From contig JAGIQG010000010.1 in assembly GCA_024679065.1 (NCBI GenBank), positions 9,920,001 to 9,984,000 on the forward strand: DNA of 64,000 nucleotides, in the 5' to 3' direction. A program made the translations under genes and the position numbers. Below are positions 24,281 through 36,601 of the stretch, in pieces (position 1 is the stretch's first letter; each line of letters begins with the position of its first letter). This DNA is from Sphyrna mokarran (lineage: Eukaryota). The notes under the pieces were generated by a model that searched no databases, had not been told where the DNA came from, and saw only the letters and a program-made list of their open reading frames with translations.

Positions 24281-24977
24281 CCCTTTCTCTGAAAGTGAAA
24301 AAGAACCGCAAGCACTGGAGAATCCAACGTGTCACAGTCAAGCCTTTGCAACATCACCAACTTTGCAACTATTTTGATGTTATCAGCTAATAAGTAACAC
24401 AGTATTACAGCATATCAGCCATTCAGCCTGCTTTTTCCGTGCTGTGCTACCCACAAGTGCTTTTCCTTGGCTCCTTCATTTCATCCAATCAGCATATTCT
24501 TTTCTCCTTCACAGATTTATCTAACTTTCCCTTAAATGCATCAGTGATGTTAACTTCAGTGACTCCTTTGCTCTCTGAGTGAAGAGGTTTCCTCTGCATT
24601 TGCTGCTGGATTTATTAATGACTATCTTACATTTATGACCCCTAGTTTTAGGCTGATTTAATTAATAGCAATTATCAGCAGCAGGCATTATTAGCCCATA
24701 TCGTTTAAGCAATTACTGTGCTGTCCATAAGTCATAGCCATATATCCTCATTAGGATTCTGCTTTCCCAATACGTAAATTTATTCTTTGCCTTCCGCCAA
24801 TTTCTTTTTCCAGCATGTGAATGTCACTATGTGTTAGTGAGTTAAGGCCATTTTCTCATGATAATCAAAGCTCGAAATCCCATAGACATGAGGTGTGGAG
24901 AATTAAGCACAATACACTATTGGCTAAATCTTCCAATCCCACCAGCTTTAGGAATCATCATGGTGATGCAGTAAATA

Positions 24978-25425
24978 TGATTTGATTTATTATTGTTACA
25001 TGTATTAACATACAGTGAAAAGTATTGTTTCTTGCGCGCTATACAGACAAAATATACCGTTCATAGAGAAGGAAACGAGACAGTGCAGAATGTAGTGTTA
25101 CAGTCATGGCTAGGGTGTAGAGAAAGACCAACTTAATGCAAGGTAAGTCCCTTCAAAAGTCTGACAGTAATAGGGAAGAAGCTGTTCTTGAGTTGGTTGG
25201 TATGTTATCTCAGACTTTTGTATCTTTTTCTCCCATGGAAGAAGATGGAAGAGAGAATGCCCAGGATCCTTAGTTATATTGGCTGCTTTGCCGAGGCAGC
25301 TTGAAGTGTAGGCAGAGTCAATGAATGGGAGGCTGGTTTGCATAATGGATTGGGCTACATTCACGACTTTTTCTTGTTCCTTGCTGTCTTGAACAGAGCA
25401 GGAGCCATACCAAGCTGTGATGGAC
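24978..25425 (-). mobile_element. Rex1/Babar-type LINE 3' fragment
   Basis: ORF remnant SITAWYGSCS...KAANITKDPGHSLFHLLP is typical of the Rex1 C-terminus. (gattt)n tail. Confidence 0.85.
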
Positions 25426-27074
25426 AAACCCAAGATCTGTTGACGTCAGATAAAACATCCAGGTCCTGGTATGGGTGGAACTGTAAAATCTCACCCACTG
25501 AGTGAGTAAGAGCTGACACAGAGACCTTATGATGGGCAGGAATGAGAGTCCCATGCAACACAAGTCAAGGAGAGTTTGGGATTAGAATAGTTCTTTGTGG
25601 TCCCTTTAATCCTGGCACATGGCAATGAAGCAATCAATAGACTCAATGGCCAGAATTTTAATGGCATGTCTACCCCTCCCACCCCCTCTGCCCCCGATTC
25701 TGGGGACAGGTGAAGCTCAGAGAATGGCATTCTCCGTTGGCCTGGGATGGGATCGTATGAACCTTGGGTAGATGTGCCAGTAAAATTCCAGTATTCCTGT
25801 AGAGAGATTTCCTTTATTAGTTGGATATCTTAGACAAGCTTTTCCAGCTGTGCTTGCCCCAGGACGGGCCTTTCCATGGTCTGCTCCTGCCTCTTACGAT
25901 TCTTGTGGAGAGTGGGACAGAAAGTTCTACCCTTTGTGTCTAGTTGGGCCTTGTATACACGGAGAAACTTATTCTGGAGCATCACATGACACTGTTTGAT
26001 GCAGTGTTAATTTACAAGTGAGATTTATCATTTTTGATCTCAAATGTGCAAAGTCTTGAATCTTCAAATAACTAGACGAAGAATCAAGCTCGTATGGTTT
26101 GCCACAGATATTAAAGTTGCATTTCACAGTGAGGATAGTAAATGTCTGAGAATGATTATGGAATTGCCAACATACTGGGAGTAATCTAGGAATTACAAAT
26201 GAGAGTGATTAGAGGGAAAATCACTGATAATACCTGGGAATCAATAATGAATAGCTAGGAGGAATTACAAAATAAATAATAGACATCCAAGAATAATTAA
26301 AGAGGGAATAATAGACTGTGAGCGTGATTGCAGAAGAATAGATAACTTAACTTGATTAGAGCATAATTAATGGATGTCTTGGAGCAGCAGGAGTGATCAT
26401 CAGACATTTATCTCTTCAAAGAGTTCAAATGACATCTCAAATCTTCAATGCCAGTGCCTTTTAGTTCGACCAGAAACTGTCCTTCACATTGTGTTCACTC
26501 AGTGTATAAACCAGCAACCTGTGGTTATATTTCAATATCATGTGGTGACATTCAAGGGTTAATAACAGTCACAAGATCCCAGTGTGATCATCATAAAGCA
26601 ACATATTAATAAATGAAGTTACTCATTTCAAATGTAAAATGAAAGGAGGATTGTTTTCATAGTTGTTAAGTTCAAGCAACCCAAGAGTTAAATTAAATGT
26701 TGTAGTCCGGTGAAGTATGTAATGTTAAAATGCTGACAAGGAACAGCCCCAGCGCTGATGTGTGGCTGAAATACTCCAGAATTTTTTCAAAGCCGTATTG
26801 CAAACTGATAAACTGCTGAAGACACCACATTCTCTATAAATACCAGGATATGTTATGTAAAGCAGGGACACACTTTACATAATAATAAATAGTGAATGGT
26901 TGGTTGCACTGAAAATATGAATAGCGTGCAAAAGAAAAGATGTGCGATGAACAGGTGTATTATTTTCTAAGATAGGCTGCAACCCAAAATATAAAAGCAT
27001 TGATTGCAAAGATCCAGTAGCATGGGAAATGCATGTAATATTTGAGTGGACTTTACAAAATTGGAGGTCCTCTT

Positions 27075-27735
27075 AAGATCATAAGACCATGAGACATAGG
27101 AGCTGAATTAGGCCACTAGGTCCATTGAGTCTGCTCCGTCATTCAATCTTGGCTGATATTTTTCTCATCCTCATTCTCTTGCCTTTTCCCAATAACCCCT
27201 GATCCTCTTATTAATCAAGAACCTGTCTATCTCTATCTTAAAGACACTCAATGGGGTGGCCCCGGCAGCCTTCTGCAACAAAGAATTCCATAGATTCACC
27301 ACTCTCTGGCTGAAAAAATTCATCCTCATCTCTATTTCAAAACTTAGCCTGAGGGTGTGCCCTCTTGTTCTAGTTTTTCCTGCTCATGGAAACACCCTCT
27401 CCACATTCCCTCTATTCACTCCTCTCAGTATGCTATATTTTTCAATTAGATCCCCCCATCATCCTTCTAAACTCCAATGAATATAGACTTAGAGCCCTCA
27501 AATATTCCTCATATGATTCATTCCCAGATCTTTCCTGTGAACATTGTCTGGACTCTTTCCAAGGCCAGCACATCCTTCCTTCGATATGGGGCCCAAAACT
27601 GCCCACAACACTCCAAATGGGGTCTGACCAGAACCTTACGCAGCCTTGTATTCTAACCCTCTTAACAAGAATACTAACATTGCATATGCCTTCCTAACTG
27701 CTGACTGAACCTGCACGTTAGCCGTAAGAGAATCT
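27075..27735 (-). mobile_element. CR1 3' fragment
   Basis: cataagaccatgagacataggagc tail and antisense LVRPHLECCGQFWAP motif. Confidence 0.88.
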
Positions 27736-28180
27736 TATTCTTCCTAGTGAAATGCATATCAAAAAATGCAGTCTCTTTGAACTACTTTTCATTCATGTAA
27801 CATTTCAATTTCAACAAGCACTGTGAGCCAATGGGTTCTCTTTGGAAATCCCAAACTCCAGAAAAAAGTGGGGGAACTGGACAAACAAAGGAATAAATGA
27901 GATTATCGCTGTCAATAATTGTTTTACTGAACAACAACGTATTAAAGTAATGCTGTCTTCAAGGATAGACCAAGAAAATGCCATTTATTATTCTTGTTAT
28001 AGTGAACTTAATTCTCCGTTATCTGTGACAGAATGTTCAATTTAACAAGATTTACTTCACAATTTTTATTGCATTTCTGCAAACAAATGAACAAAAAAAT
28101 TGGCAAACTCTTGAGAGAGGGTGCTGCCTTTTTCAATGACTACAAGTCAGAGAAGGTTTAACTTGGTACAAGGTGTGAAA

Positions 28181-28492
28181 CCACAGTGGTTCGCACTGAT
28201 GCCTCTCAGCTCCAGGGACCTGGGTTCAATTCCTGAGTGGGGTCACTGTCTGTTTGGAGTTTGTTTGTTCTCTCCGTGTCTCTGTGGGATTCCTTCAGGT
28301 GCTCCGGTTTCCTCCCACAATCTAAAGATGTGTGGGTTAGGTGCATTGGCCATGCCAAATTGCCCCTGAGTGTCCTGTGATGTGTAGGTTAGAGAGCTTA
28401 GCATGGTAAATATGTATGGTTACAGGGATAGGGCTTAGGTGCAATTGTTGTTGATGGGCCGAGTGACCTCCTTCTGTACTATAGGGATTCTA
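28181..28492 (+). mobile_element. HE1-type V-SINE
   Basis: Head, V-domain and tail all present. Confidence 0.9.
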
Positions 28493-28499
28493 TAAAACC

Positions 28500-29090
28500 T
28501 CAATACTTGAATTGAGATATAAAAGTAGATAAGTGTTGTTGCAATTGTATTGTGTGTTGATGAGACCACATCTGCAGTATTGTGTCCAGTTTTGGTCTAC
28601 TTATTTGAAGAAGGGTGTGGTGGCACTGGAAGCAGTTCAGAGGAGATTCACCAGGTTGATTCTGGGGATGAAAAGGTTGATGTACAAGGAGAGATTTAAC
28701 AGTTTGGGCTTGTACTCACTGGAGTTAAGAAAGATGAGAGGAGATCGGATCAAGGTTTATAAAGTATTAAAACGGATAGACCAAATGTTTCCTCTTACGG
28801 GGCAATCTTAAACAAGAGGTTACAGGTATAGGTTGCAAGCTGATAGATTTAAAACTGTGATGACGAGGAACCATTTCTCACAGAGGTTGGTGAATTTGTG
28901 GAACTTCCTTCCCAATAGTGCAGTGGAATCTGAATCATTGATTGGTTTTAAGAAGGAGATAGAAGTATTTCTAGCTTAAAAAAAGAGAAACGGGGATATG
29001 GGGAACAGGTGGGAAGTGGATTTGAGATCAGGGAGGGATCAGCCACAACTGAATGGTGGAGCAGGTTTGAAGTGCTGAAATAGTCTACTT
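28500..29090 (+). mobile_element. CR1 3' fragment
   Basis: ORF 28533-28811 LMRPHLQYCVQFWSTYLKKGVVALEAVQRRFTRLI. Confidence 0.92.
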
Positions 29091-29092
29091 AC

Positions 29093-29378
29093 TGGTGGTT
29101 AGCACTACTGCCTCACAGGGACCTAGATATGAATCCCTGCTTGGGTCACTGTGCGGAGTCAACATTTTCTCCCTGTGTCAGCATTGGTTTTCTCCATGTG
29201 TTCTGGTTTCCTCCCACAGTCCCAAAGATGTGCTGGTTAGTTGCATTAGCCATGCTGAGTTGTCCCAGAGTGCACCCCAACAGGAGCCGGAATGCAGTGA
29301 CTAGGGGATATTCGCAGTAACTTCACTGTAGTGTTAATGTAAGCCCATTTGTGACACTAATAAATAAACTTTAAACTT
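29093..29378 (+). mobile_element. V-SINE tail B
   Basis: Ends gtgacactaataaataaactttaaac. Confidence 0.88.
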
Positions 29379-31039
29379 TACATTCCTACATCCTTTTATT
29401 ATCATTAACGGCTTTATTCATAATATTACGCCAAGCAACTAGTGGAAAAGGCAGACAGACAGCAGCTTATCCATGTTATTGTGTTCAATTGGGAAGATAA
29501 TTTGCTTATGTGTGCAAGAAGTTTATGTGTGTAGGGCTTAAGCAGCAGAGTTCAGTCATCTATTAAATGGGCCTTGCAGCCTCAGTTGAGAAGATTCCAA
29601 GCAAATTCTGCAGCAACCAGGAACAGCACGCTCCATAAACTCTACTGCTGGTCAGACAAGTTGATCAGCACAGCAACCTTAGAAAATTAGATTTAAAAAA
29701 AAAACCTTGCTTTAAAATGAAATGAAAAATGAAGTGCAGTTTCAAACATGATTGATGTTGCAATTATGTCATCATGATTTAGATAATTATGCTTCAGTTA
29801 CTAACTGGTAATTTTAAAAAAAATTATATACGAGACAGGAATGTCCCCTTGATCTAATGTTTTACCTATTGCTTAGTAACACTAATGTTTTCCTTTTAAC
29901 TTTAAGCAATATTGTGTTTTTGTTTTGGTACAGCAGGTACATAGGAACCATTTTTAATTTAACCATCTCTGAACCACAGCATTCAGTATCACATAAATAG
30001 CATTTATAGAGCCCGATTTTAGGTGCACACGCTCTCCATGAGGATCTATCAATGGCCACAGCATCTTCAGAAGGAGGCAAAAATAGGTTCAGAACTCTCT
30101 AGTTCGCAGGAGAGCACAGTTAACAGTTTAATTAAAACAAAACAGTTTACCAGGTCAAAACACTTTTACCCCACTTTGGATATCAGCCCGCAAGCTCACC
30201 TGGGGATTAATAAGAAGAATGATACCCTCTATTCTCCTGTCAAGTCCCAACAACAAGCCAGTCAGTGCTGGTGAACAGTCAAGACTACCTTGGAGTAGCA
30301 CAAAGCCATCTGATGCAACCATTGGGTTAAATATGATGATGCTCAATTAAATTCTTAATACACATTATTTGAAGCATTGGGTATTAGGTTCAGGTCAAGG
30401 GGACAGATATTACAATCATGTGGAGAAACTGGGCAGATGTACAAAGGAATGATAAATATATAAATCGACCATTGGATCATGGGTCTATTGAGCAAGGAAT
30501 AGAGATAAAATTGAAGCATGCGCCGAGTGTAAAATGGGTGAACTAGGTAGTAATTAAGTCAGTTTTTCCATTCTGAGTTTAAGCTCCAGATATTTCATTT
30601 AAACAATGTGTATAGACACAAAGAAAGAGTTTGTTAATAGGTATAAGCACACATTAATGTTTGCTTTCTTTTGATTGTTTGATTGTCATTAGTAAGGAGT
30701 CATCACTGGTGGATGGTGAACTGCAGTTTTGTATGATCCCTAATTGTTGCTTTCTTTTCTGCGCTAACATTTTTTTTGTGTATCATCTTGACTCTGAAGA
30801 CCACCTACAGTAGTGATAATATTCTATTTTTGTTTGCCTAAATAGAAACAGTAAATGCACAGCAGTAATCTGGGAAGCTCACAGGTTGTGAAAGGCACTA
30901 TGCAAATGTAAATAAGTTTATTTTTGCTCTTTATGGTTGGGCATATGACTGATTTGCTGGTATAATGATCTCATAGCCAGTGTGCAATTGGCTCTCCAAT
31001 GATCTATTCACTTTTCAATCCTGATCTACATTATCTCCA

Positions 31040-31420
31040 AGTCTAGCAACACCACATTTGCATCCTTGTTTTCAAATTCCTTTGCAACTTTGTAACTCAC
31101 CATCTATGTAAACTTACCCAGGACCAGTATCTTCCCATTTCTCTGTGTTCTTCCAATTCTGGTCTCTTACGCATCCTGTATTTCTATCGCTTCACTGCTG
31201 GCAACTGGTCAGATGCTGCTGAAGCCTAAACTCTAAGACTCCCTTCACAGTCTTCTCTCCCTCTTCCTCCTCTTTTAATACATTCCTTAAATCTTACTTC
31301 TTTGACTAAGATTTAGTCACTTGCCCTAATGTCTCTTATGCTGCTCTGTGTCAAATTCTGTTTGATTACACTTTGGTAAAGTACCGGGGACAATTTACAG
31401 CATTAAAGGTGTTACATAGG
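31040..31420 (+). mobile_element. L2 LINE 3' end
   Basis: catccttgttttcaaattcc...ccttaaatcttacttctttgactaag...cattaaaggtgttacata is typical of an L2 terminus. Confidence 0.72.
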
Positions 31421-31424
31421 TGTA

Positions 31425-31800
31425 GGGAGGCAATGGCCTGGTGGTACTATTGCTAGATTATTAAGCCAGAAACTCAGCTAATGTTCTGGGGATCTGGATT
31501 CGAATCCCAGCAGATTCAAATCCAGATGGTAGAATTTGAATTCAATAATTAAAAAAAAGTGTATGGAATTAAGAACTAACTGATGATCATGAAACCATTG
31601 TTGGAAAACCTCATCCGATTCACAAATGTCCTTCAGAGAAGGAAATCTGCTATCCTTACCTGGTCTGGCCTACATGTTTTTCCATAGCCACAGCAACGTA
31701 ATAGACTCTCAACTGCCCTCTGAACAAGGGCAACTAGGGATGGACAATAAATGCTGGCCAGCCAGCAACTCCGATGTCCCACAGATGTATATAAAAAAAA
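31425..31800 (+). mobile_element. Second tRNA-derived SINE family, full length, inserted in an L2 tail
   Basis: Starts gggaggcaatggcctggtggt and ends in an A-rich tail. The L2 tail resumes at tgcaaattgtt. Confidence 0.87.
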
Positions 31801-32417
31801 TGCAAATTGTTACTACTATTCTACTTGTTTCCTGACCTACTACTAGGTTCTTGATTCCCTGCGGCTGAATGCTGTGCATGCTTGTTTCCTGATAATCTAG
31901 CAGAATATGTCTACAATTTCTCGGAAATCAATTGCAGATCTAACTTACCCAACAGCAGCCTCATTTGTTTGACCTTCACATTTGGATTTGAATTCCAGAG
32001 TTGTATCATCACAAATTAGTATTCCTCTGCTCCTTACTAAACTTTACTGTACTGTCGTCAGCTGAAAGTCAGATTATGAAAAATTCAGAGTCCTATTGTT
32101 TACTCAGAGCTAGGTTTCTTGCCTTTTGCGGGTTATTGATTGTAGAATTGCAAGTGGTGTCCTATATGTGGTATACCTAATAAGTCACATTGAAGGTGCC
32201 AAATTGAATGTCTAAAAACTCAGATGGACCAAACTCAATTACCGCTTCTTCCCCAAAAACAATTCCATTGGGCTTGTGCGTGCATGGATTTTGGTGGGAC
32301 ATTAAATGCAAAGCTTCATTTTCAGAAGGATGCTACATTTTATTAGTTTATTCCATAGGCTAACTTTATGAAACTTCTATATAATATGAAACTTCTATAT
32401 AATATGAAAATACCTTT

Positions 32418-32726
32418 TCATAGAATCCCTACAGTGCGGAATCCCTACAAATTCAACCCATTGAGTTTCGACACCATCCAGACCCTATCTCCATTACCCA
32501 TGTATTTACCCTAACTGGTTCCCCCGATACTAAGGGACAATTTATCATGGCCAATCAACCTGACCCACACATTTTCAGACTGTGGGACAAAACTGGAGTA
32601 CCCAGGGGAAAACCATGCTGACATGGAGAGAACATGCCATCAGACAGTGACCCAAGCCAGGAATTGAACTTGGGTCTCTGGTGCAATGAAGTAGCAGTGC
32701 TAAGCACTGTGCCACAATGCCACCCA
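32418..32726 (-). mobile_element. HE1-type V-SINE
   Basis: Reverse-complement copy ending cactgtgccacaatgccaccc. Confidence 0.9.
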
Positions 32727-33360
32727 GAATTTTCCCAAAAGCAAATTTGCCTTGTTTGAAAAATGCAGAACTTTCATTTGAATTTATATGGCCATAAATA
32801 CGAGATAATAAACGTTACTGTGTTAGATCAATTTGCTTACAAGTACCAGAGTTAAAGTGGAGATAACATTCAACTTTCAATCCACTGTCATGCTCTGTCA
32901 AAGTATGAACTTTGAGGCAATATCTTAACACTTTGAACATAGTCTATAAAATGGCCACTGCAAATCGTGTGACCTTTAGTATTCTGACTAGACAGTCCTG
33001 AGTATCCAATAAATACCTAATTATGCATGGCTGTTCACTGGGAAGCACTCTCATCCCTTTGGTGAAGCATGGACTGTCAATAAAAATAACTATAGTATTC
33101 TAGCGGACTCGTCTTTTTGTTTCAACATGAACAATTGAGACACTGAAACTGTGTGTGTTAGACAAATGTGAAATGTGTCCATCAGCCAAACTAGACAGGA
33201 TGTGTTCCAAAATACCAAACAATAACAAGTGATGTGTCATCAATACACCAATTTTTAGACAAAGCTCTTTGGACTTGTATAAACCACATAGTGGACATAG
33301 TCATGTTTTCTGTCTGCCCATAAAACAGCAAAAGCTAACGCAGCGAGAGAATTTCATCTG

Positions 33361-33690
33361 GTAGCACGGTGGTTAACACTGCTGTCTCAAAACTCTAAGG
33401 ACCCGATTCAATTGCGGCCTTGAATGACTGTGTGGAGTCAGCACGTTCTCCCTGTGTCTGTGTACGTTTCCTTTGGGAGATCCAATTTCCTCCCACAGTC
33501 TAAACATTTGCAGGGCAGGTGGATTGACCATGCTAAATTCTCCTTTAGTGCCCAAGGATGTGCAAATTTGATGGGATTAACCATTGTAAATGGGATTACA
33601 GGGAAAGGGCCTTGGTTAAATATTCTGTCAGAGAGTCAGTGCAGACTCGATGAGCTGATTGGCCTCTTCTGCACTGTAGGGATTCTATGA
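33361..33690 (+). mobile_element. HE1-type V-SINE
   Basis: Head, V-domain, tail cttctgcactgtagggattctatg. Confidence 0.88.
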
Positions 33691-34182
33691 ATTTATCGGA
33701 AGACTCTAGAACTTACTGCATATTAGCTAAACAGCGGAAGTAAAAGGAGCAATACCTTGAAGGTATACCTTCAAGAAGCAATACCTTGAAGAGACCCAAG
33801 TTCAATATTTTGAAGGCTTCTTCCCAACCTATTTCAACTTCCAAGTCCACCTGAGAACCAAATCTCCCAGAAAGTCAAGTGCAAGAGTTTTCGTGGCTAA
33901 ATAAAAATCATTTGCTGTTCAAGGCCTTCACTCCAACTAAAACATCAACTCAGCTAAGAAACTACAGGTCTGCCATGAAATAAGGTGAGACAACTATATT
34001 TTGTAACTACTGTCCTATTTCATCTGTATGTGATCTTTTGCGAGTGATAGTGGGTGTGAGGTGAGTAAGAGCTGCTCACATTTTAATTCTGGGGAAAGTG
34101 TGAGGTAATAAATAATCTTATTTTGATTCTAAATCAGATTTCCTCTCATCCTTCTGAACTCTACTAAATACAGACCCATTTG

Positions 34183-34482
34183 ACACAGTGGTAGCACTGC
34201 TGCCTCACAGCATCATGGACCTGGATTTGATTCCTGGCTGTAGGGAGTCTGCATGTTCTCCCCTGTGTCTGCGTGGGTGCACCTCCTGGAGCACCTCCAG
34301 GTGCTCCGGTTTCCTCCCACAGTCTGAAAGATGTACTGGTTAGGTGTATTGGTCATGCTAAATTTTCCCTCAGTGTTATCCGAACAGGCAGTGGGCGGAC
34401 TATGGTGACTAGGCAATTTTCACAGTCACTTCATTGCAATGTTAATTAAGCCTACTTGTGACACCAATAAATAAACTTTAAA
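34183..34482 (+). mobile_element. V-SINE tail B
   Basis: Head, V-domain, tail B. Confidence 0.88.
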
Positions 34483-35597
34483 ATCATTAATAAGCTGTTA
34501 ATCCACACTCTCAATAAGGTGACAATGTGTGTCACAAGGAGATCTCAGAAGGTCTCGGAATAAGGGATAACATTTTCTCTAGATATGTCAAAATATGATC
34601 ATACTCAGTTCTGAATTGCCCATTTAAGATATCTCTTGTAAACTGAGAGGCTGAATCTGAAGTTTTGCACTTTCTTTCATATGCAAGTAATCTGAACCAT
34701 TTACTCTGTCTGTGGTTCAGTAGAAACTATTGAGACTACACTTAAATCCAACTGGCCTGTCAGGAAATTGAAAGCATTATCTTTGAAGCAGAAGAAAGCA
34801 AGATGGTCTATGAAAACATCGGTGTGCTTTGAAACTTTGCTCGATAGTTGTAGTGAGCGAATGAGACTGAGACTTAACAAGGCTTATTTAGACTCTGACA
34901 ATATTGAGAGCACAAGTCACTACTGAAAAGCATTTCCAATTTTCACAATGTGTGAAAAAGAACCTACACTGAATCCCCAGTGAGTCGCAGAGTAATCTCT
35001 ATTGTCCATACCCCATGTGTGTCTCAATTTGTTCACCATTCTTCTCCCGTACTCCTCCTGTGGTCCTACCTAACAGGCAGATCAAGTATTTTCTGCTTTT
35101 TATTTCCTCGTTACATGGTTTCTGAAATTTCTAAGAAAATTCCGGAAACTCCATGAGGCCCAAAAAGAGAAAAAAGTGTGTGTAATTTGTCCAGCACAAG
35201 AAAGGGTATCAAATACTCTGCACCTGTTTTACAACCTTGCGCTGTAATTTCTCAAAGGCCAGCAGAAGATCAAAGTCTCGCAAGCAGTTTTGTTGTTGTC
35301 TTATTTTACTTGAAATTTTTCATTATCAGTTCCAAATCATCCAACCAAGACTGAAAGGACTACAAGAGCAGAAATCACTAGGCCACAAGTTAGCAGGTTC
35401 CAAACATGAATAGTTTATTCAGAGAATTCAATTCAAACCTCAAAACTGATTTGCTATGTTTCTGCATCTTGGATCTTACCCTGCATTACTGATGTTGGAA
35501 GGCGCGTTACCCATTTTTACAGGCTCTTATCAAATTCAAAAATATAACTGTGGAATGAAGTTGGCCTGTTTTAACTTAATTCTGGATAGATCCAGCC

Positions 35598-35767
35598 CCA
35601 CAGCACAGAATTACATCTTTGGATTGTGGGAGGAAACTGGAGCATCCAGAGGAAACCCACGCAGAGAATGTGTAAACTCCACACAGACACGCACCTGATG
35701 TTGGAATTGAAGCTGAGTCCTTGGCACTTTGAGGCAGCAGTGCTAACCACTGTGCCACCACGCTGCC
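35598..35767 (-). mobile_element. V-SINE 5' half
   Basis: tRNA head and V-domain only. Confidence 0.85.
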
Positions 35768-36253
35768 TTATTAGAATATTAATGTATGATGTTAATAATA
35801 TTAAAATATTAATGTACAGTGAAAAACAGCGGAATCCTCTGACCTTGTCCATGGCTGAGATTCCCCATTGCTGGTGAAATGAATGGCATTTTGGCCAAGT
35901 GTCAAATTCTCCAATCACACTGGCCGCAGGAGTGAGCTGAACAAAACCTGGAGAATCCCAGCCCATGTTTAATATGTTGAGCAATGAAAATAGAAGGAGG
36001 TCATTAAGCGCATTGAGTCTGCATCAACTCTCCAACAGCGCGTCTTCTTCCTCCTCCCTATCTCTATGACACCATAATAAATCAAATTGGTGTGGAATTG
36101 TATGGGTTTTGTATTTTGACGCATTAGCCCAGATTTTATTTTCAGCGGTAAAGAAACATCAGCCCTCTCACTGACAACTGTACACAAATATTTATAATGG
36201 CTGTTTATAATGGCTGCCTCTCAGGAATTGATTTGAGATATCTGCACTGGAAG

Positions 36254-36601
36254 TTAGAACATAGAACATAGAACATTACAGCGCAGAACAGGCCCTTCGG
36301 CCTTCGATGTTGCGCCGACCAATTAGGAAAAAGCAATGACCCTCTAACCTAAACCATTCCCTTTCCGTCCATAAACTTATCTACTAACCTCTTAAACGCC
36401 ACCAAATTTGGCGCATCTACAACTGCCGCAGGCAGGGCATTCCATACCCTTACCACCCTCTGGGTAAAGAACCTACCTCTGACATCCGTCCTATAACTAC
36501 CACCCCTTAATTTAAAGCTATGTCCCCTCGTGCTAGCTTTCTCCATCCTAGGAAAAAGGCTATCACTATCCACCCTATCTAAACCTCTAATCATCTTATA
36601 T
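36254..36601 (-). mobile_element. Young 5'-truncated CR1
   Basis: Open YKMIRGLDRVD...TRGHSFKL...FFTQRVVRVWNALP, (tagaaca)n tail, CpGs retained. Confidence 0.93.
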
